Positions 59,848-64,000 of a stretch of 64,000 nucleotides of DNA are shown in pieces. The translations under genes and the position numbers were made by a program. Below the pieces are notes generated by a model. The model did not search any database. It saw only the letters and a list, made by a program, of their open reading frames with translations, and was not told the DNA's origin. The stretch is from Candidatus Cloacimonadales bacterium (lineage in GTDB: Bacteria; Cloacimonadota; Cloacimonadia; Cloacimonadales; JAIOQZ01), in contig OY762463.1 of assembly GCA_963665815.1 (NCBI GenBank), positions 2,208,001-2,272,000 on the forward strand. Reading direction: 5' to 3'. How positions within the stretch are numbered: the stretch's first letter is position 1; the number at the start of each line of letters is the position of its first letter.

Positions 59848-59938
59848 CTTTAGAATAGGAAATTCTCTACTTCATTCTTTCCTTGACTGCAATGAAGTGG
59901 AATTCAATAATCTGGCATTACTGAATAGTGAGGTGCAT

Positions 59939-61270
59939 ATGAGCAATATAGAATTTTCTCCGGAACAACTTATAGAAGACTTCAACCTTATGATCAAAAC
60001 CATGGAAGATGTACACCCTGATCTGTATTTCAATATTTCAAAGATGGATGCCGAGACAGCCATGGATAGAGTAACAAGCAAGTTAACAAAATCTATGTCT
60101 ATTCTGGAGTTCTACAAAGTTATTGGTACATTTCCACCACTGTTGGGAGATAATCATACTGCCATCCATCCTTTTGCATATCTGGGATTCAGCGAGCAGG
60201 ACTATAGTTTTCCCGCAGTAAAAATCGATTCAATACGCAAAGAGGTTCGGATAAAAAATGATCTGGGAGAAATCCTGAAAAAGAACGACCTTGTACTAGA
60301 AGTTAACGGTATTAAAGCAGTGGATATACTAACGGAGATTTCCCGATATATTGCTGCTGAGACAGAATCATTCCATTATGCAATGCTGGAATTCTACTTT
60401 TCCTATATGCTGCCAGCTTTGTTCAACATCACACCTTCTTTCAATCTGAAAGTGAAGAGAGATAGTGAACTGCTTGGTGTTACTATTCCTGAATTAGAAA
60501 AGCCAGCCGAGGAAGATAAAGCAGCTTCTGAGCCAGGTGTTAATTCTTCTATACTGCTGAAAATATACGATGACACAGCATTACTCACCATTAAGCACTT
60601 CCAGTTTCAGAGAGAACAATTTCAGGAAGCTCTTAAGCTTATTGACAGTATATTTTTGGAACTAAAGGAAAAAGATGTCAGGAGACTCATTATTGATGTC
60701 AGAGATAATGGAGGTGGTAACTCTTCCGTTGCAAACCACATTACAGACTATCTCACTGAAAAATCTACCTATAGTTTCAGAAGTATGAAATGGAGGAGCA
60801 GTCAACAAGTAAGAAATTTTGTTAGAGAGAACCTGAAGCTTGGAGAACACAGCTTTTATTCACCTAAAATTCTGGAAATGCTGGAAGATCTTGAAATTGG
60901 TGATTTCCTGGAATATGACTGTCGAAAAACCTATAAAAGTATTAATGAAAAGAATGTATTTCAGGGAGATGTTGTTGTTTTGAGCAATCCAATGTGTTTT
61001 TCTTCAACAACAGCCTTCTTGTGTATGATCAGGGATTTCAATCTGGGCAGGATTATTGGTACGGAATCAGGCGGAAAACCTAATCATTACGGAGACTGTT
61101 ATACATTCTACCTTCCCAATACCGGACTCAGAGTAACAGTTTCTCAAAAGTTTTTTGTGCGAGCATCAGGGAATGAAGCGGACAACAGAGTTATTCCGGA
61201 TATTTATTTGTCTGATGATCAAATAGATATCATACAGAGCAATAATGGTTTCAACAGATTTTTCTCATAA
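59939..61270 (+). CDS. S41 family peptidase
   Basis: EDVHPDLY, DNHT, LIIDVRDNGGGNS, FSS, IIGTESGG, VIPDI. Start MSNIE follows GAGG. Confidence 0.85.
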   Translation: MSNIEFSPEQLIEDFNLMIKTMEDVHPDLYFNISKMDAETAMDRVTSKLTKSMSILEFYKVIGTFPPLLGDNHTAIHPFAYLGFSEQDYSFPAVKIDSIRKEVRIKNDLGEILKKNDLVLEVNGIKAVDILTEISRYIAAETESFHYAMLEFYFSYMLPALFNITPSFNLKVKRDSELLGVTIPELEKPAEEDKAASEPGVNSSILLKIYDDTALLTIKHFQFQREQFQEALKLIDSIFLELKEKDVRRLIIDVRDNGGGNSSVANHITDYLTEKSTYSFRSMKWRSSQQVRNFVRENLKLGEHSFYSPKILEMLEDLEIGDFLEYDCRKTYKSINEKNVFQGDVVVLSNPMCFSSTTAFLCMIRDFNLGRIIGTESGGKPNHYGDCYTFYLPNTGLRVTVSQKFFVRASGNEADNRVIPDIYLSDDQIDIIQSNNGFNRFFS

Positions 61271-61271
61271 T

Positions 61272-61655
61272 CTACTTTCCTCCCAGAAATTCAATAATGT
61301 TTCCGCAAGGATCGTAACACTGAAACCAGAAATCACCCTGTCCCATGTCCATAGGTTTGTCATGAATCATTCTTATGTTGTGCTGAAGGAGTTTTGCGTG
61401 CAGCTCGTTAGCAGATTTAACGGAAAGGACAAATGCCGGACGTGATGATGACTCTTTAAAATCAGCTTTATCGTTGCCGCCCTGAAGATACATTCCTTCT
61501 TTTCCCTCTTTACCGTAATTAAGAAAACAGGCGAGACTGCCCATATCAAAAGATTTTGTCATGCCAAGTACATCAGTATAGAATTTATATGCTTTTTCAA
61601 AGTCATCAACATAAACTGAAATAAATGCCACTCCGATTAATTCCGTATTACTCAT
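61272..61655 (-). CDS. VOC/glyoxalase family protein
   Basis: VYVDDFEKAYKFYTDVLG, FQCYDPCGNIIEF. Confidence 0.9.
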   Translation of the reverse strand: MSNTELIGVAFISVYVDDFEKAYKFYTDVLGMTKSFDMGSLACFLNYGKEGKEGMYLQGGNDKADFKESSSRPAFVLSVKSANELHAKLLQHNIRMIHDKPMDMGQGDFWFQCYDPCGNIIEFLGGK

Positions 61656-61798
61656 ACTTTATCTCCTTTAATTGAGTCTCATTCAATAATGTATATATTT
61701 GAAGTTTCTGGCAAGATAATTATATCAGTGTAATTGGTGTGAGAAAAATAACTTGTCACCCTATAATAATTATTCCTCTTTTTGATCAGGAGAAATTC

Positions 61799-62482
61799 AT
61801 GAAAATACCCCAAATTATTATAATAATTATACTGTTTTCTACAGGAGTTATACTGAGTGCAGAGAACTCAGTCTTTAGTGACAGTTTTCAGGATAACATT
61901 AAAAAGAGACTGCAGATATGCTTAGGATATTCAGGTCAATATAACAGCTCAATAGAGTATCATAGTCCGGTTTTAGCAAGAATTAAGTATGATTTAGAAA
62001 GCACTCCTTTCTCAATAGAGTCGAATGTCTTAAATCTCACATTCATAGACATGGGGCATAAAAGGCATTATTCACTCAATACCTGGTTGTATCCCGCAGC
62101 GCTTCTAACTGAGGGTGCAACAAGCATAATTGCGGATAGTCTGGCTGAAAAGCAAGTAAGAAAAAACTGGATTTATAAAACTATTACTGCACCCTTAGTA
62201 TTGGGTGCAATCGCAAATGCTGCAACAAATCTTGAAGTTCAGTATGCTCTGGATAAAAAGAGAAATTTCAGCATCTTCTGTGGAACAACCGGGGATTTAT
62301 ACAGGATTAACAAAGCTGAAAGATTCCGCTACACATTTACTACAGGTATATCCCTGTTCAGACCAATCAATCTTAAAATATTCTATACGAAGGATATCAA
62401 TAAGTTTATGGGTATTAAAGACAGAGAAATGATTGGAGTGTCTTTGATGTATATTGTCAGAACCGACAATATAAAAGAGTAG
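61799..62482 (+). CDS. Hypothetical exported protein (possibly outer-membrane)
   Basis: AGGAG RBS, signal peptide, alternating hydrophobic beta-strand-like segments. Confidence 0.55.
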   Translation: MKIPQIIIIIILFSTGVILSAENSVFSDSFQDNIKKRLQICLGYSGQYNSSIEYHSPVLARIKYDLESTPFSIESNVLNLTFIDMGHKRHYSLNTWLYPAALLTEGATSIIADSLAEKQVRKNWIYKTITAPLVLGAIANAATNLEVQYALDKKRNFSIFCGTTGDLYRINKAERFRYTFTTGISLFRPINLKIFYTKDINKFMGIKDREMIGVSLMYIVRTDNIKE

Positions 62483-62491
62483 AATAGGTTT

Positions 62492-62519
62492 AAAAAAAGC
62501 TCAGTCCGAAAACTGAGCT
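62492..62519. terminator. Hairpin, terminator-like
   Basis: A7 then AGCTCAGT-CCGAAA-ACTGAGCT. Confidence 0.55.
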
Positions 62520-62993
62520 CTATATTTTTGTATAAGTTGTATATTACTTCAGTAAAACTGCTTTTCATATTTTTACATTATTTCCGGTTTAAGGTGATAA
62601 GGAAGGGTTTTGAAAGTTTATTGTCATATTGAAATCAACCTAAAGAATATTATAATTGTTGATATTGTGCATAATGGACATTGTTATACTAATTCCGGGT
62701 CAGCTGCAAAGGATTTTTCGGGTAGTGCTGCAGATGGTTGTTGGATGATAATTGTCCAGCTGTCTTTAAATATACTAACAATAAACTTTACAATACTTTA
62801 CAGCTTCTTACATCATTTGCTAAGCAGGATATTAGGCATTTAAGTTTAATCGGCTTCAGGAATAGAAATGATTTGACAAATTGGACATACTTAAATAATA
62901 ATTGAACAAAAATTAAAAATATGCTTATGCATAGTTGTTTAAACAGCTTGATTTTGCTGTTATGTTAAGAAATCAAAAATAGTGAGGAGCTTT

Positions 62994-64000
62994 ATGAAAA
63001 AAAATTTGACTTTACTTTTTATTTTTATAATTGCAAGTACTATATTTGCTTCCATTGACTACAATATGGTGTATGATAGCGATGGAATGGGATATGATTC
63101 ATTAAACTGCAAATACAAGGTAAAACTTCAAGTGAAATCCAATGACGGTGATGTGCCGGTTGGTTTCTTTAACCTTCGTGTGCTTTACAATAACTCCTGT
63201 CTTACCTACAATATTAACGAATCTTACAGCCTTGGACCAATAGAAGACCATGAGTTCAATTCTATTGATGTCTATACTCTTGTCCCTGTTGAAATGTCAT
63301 CTGAGAAATGTGGGATCAACGGTGTATACAACGGTGGAGATAGTAGTCCTGTGATGTGTTATAATCTTGATAACACATGGACTGATTGTGCGGTCCTTGT
63401 TTTTGATGTTGTCGAGCCAGCCCAAAGTACAGATTTAAGGTGGGACTCCAATGGTGTGCAGAATCAGATAACATTATATGATTCATCTCCTGTCAGTAAT
63501 GGGACATTTAACGGAGATCATGATATTGTGATTACTCCTGGGTTACTTTCTATACCTGCGGATGACACCTTGATTTACTTCAGTGAAATATCTGACAACC
63601 TTTCCGACCAATCGCAATTAACAGCTTTCATTGAATTAAGTAATGTGACTCAAGATAATTTGAATCTTGCCGGAGTAAGTGTAGTAAATCTGACTTCAGG
63701 ATATACTGTAAACCTATCCGGAATTGTTCCTGCCAACGGTATTGTAATTATCTCAAATGGAGCGGATCAGGCAACTTTCGAAGCAGCCTGTAATGTAACA
63801 CTTGATATGAGTAGAACAGTATTCATACAAGGAGATACTTCAATCAGTATTGGTAATGGATATAATTACTCACTAAGAGTTCCGGATTCTCGTTTAGAAA
63901 TAGACAGAACCCATACTATATATAGCAATGAGCAAAAGCTTCACTTATCTCCTGAAATATGGAGCAGTAAATCAACTCCTGAGGATGCAAATCCCGGAGT
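62994..64000 (+). CDS. Paralog of the 42787..44430 secreted protein (3' truncated by window edge; absent from the ORF track)
   Basis: GAGGAG RBS; translates as MKKNLTLLFIFIIASTIFASIDYNMVYDSDGMGYD..KYKVKLQVKSNDGDVPVGFFNLR.. Confidence 0.9.
   Translation, partial: MKKNLTLLFIFIIASTIFASIDYNMVYDSDGMGYDSLNCKYKVKLQVKSNDGDVPVGFFNLRVLYNNSCLTYNINESYSLGPIEDHEFNSIDVYTLVPVEMSSEKCGINGVYNGGDSSPVMCYNLDNTWTDCAVLVFDVVEPAQSTDLRWDSNGVQNQITLYDSSPVSNGTFNGDHDIVITPGLLSIPADDTLIYFSEISDNLSDQSQLTAFIELSNVTQDNLNLAGVSVVNLTSGYTVNLSGIVPANGIVIISNGADQATFEAACNVTLDMSRTVFIQGDTSISIGNGYNYSLRVPDSRLEIDRTHTIYSNEQKLHLSPEIWSSKSTPEDANPG

Noticed and set aside
30-62568. Numerous short antisense or nested ORFs in the six-frame track
   Set aside because: They overlap well-supported longer genes and lack RBS and family motifs; treated as shadow ORFs
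62610-62843. 77-aa TTG-started ORF or structured RNA in the gap before 62994
   Set aside because: No recognisable motif, weak coding signal and no riboswitch consensus identified

Overview
AT-rich bacterial chromosomal window with about 45 CDSs and no rRNA, tRNA, CRISPR array or intact transposase that I can see. Many secreted proteins end in an 'N(Y)PNPFNP...IYN.KGQ.V...W.G.D...V.SG(V/I)YFY' FlgD-Ig/T9SS-type C-terminal domain (CTD). This suggests an FCB-group organism such as Cloacimonadota or a relative (inference only). Content: glyQ, sanA, a sdpR/sdpI-like pair, an MBOAT acyltransferase plus partner, two hybrid kinases preceded by orphan solute-binding proteins, a fliA cassette detached from other flagellar genes, a sigma-54 activator, C10/S8/M23/S41 peptidases, a TerB-like ABCG-type transporter with two stand-alone cNMP-binding proteins, and a double-cubane-type reductase/activase pair. 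Most notable observations: (1) a dockerin-like protein encoded next to a cohesin-like CTD protein that has a second paralog in the window; (2) a three-copy MITE-like palindromic element, each copy just 5' of a gene; (3) a direct-repeat-bounded decaying islet after glyQ; (4) a 10-bp tandem repeat inside an AlbA/HATPase gene; (5) an in-frame amber junction ahead of an EamA gene lacking a normal start; (6) two sigma-54 promoters. All family calls come from motif recognition by eye, not from database searches.
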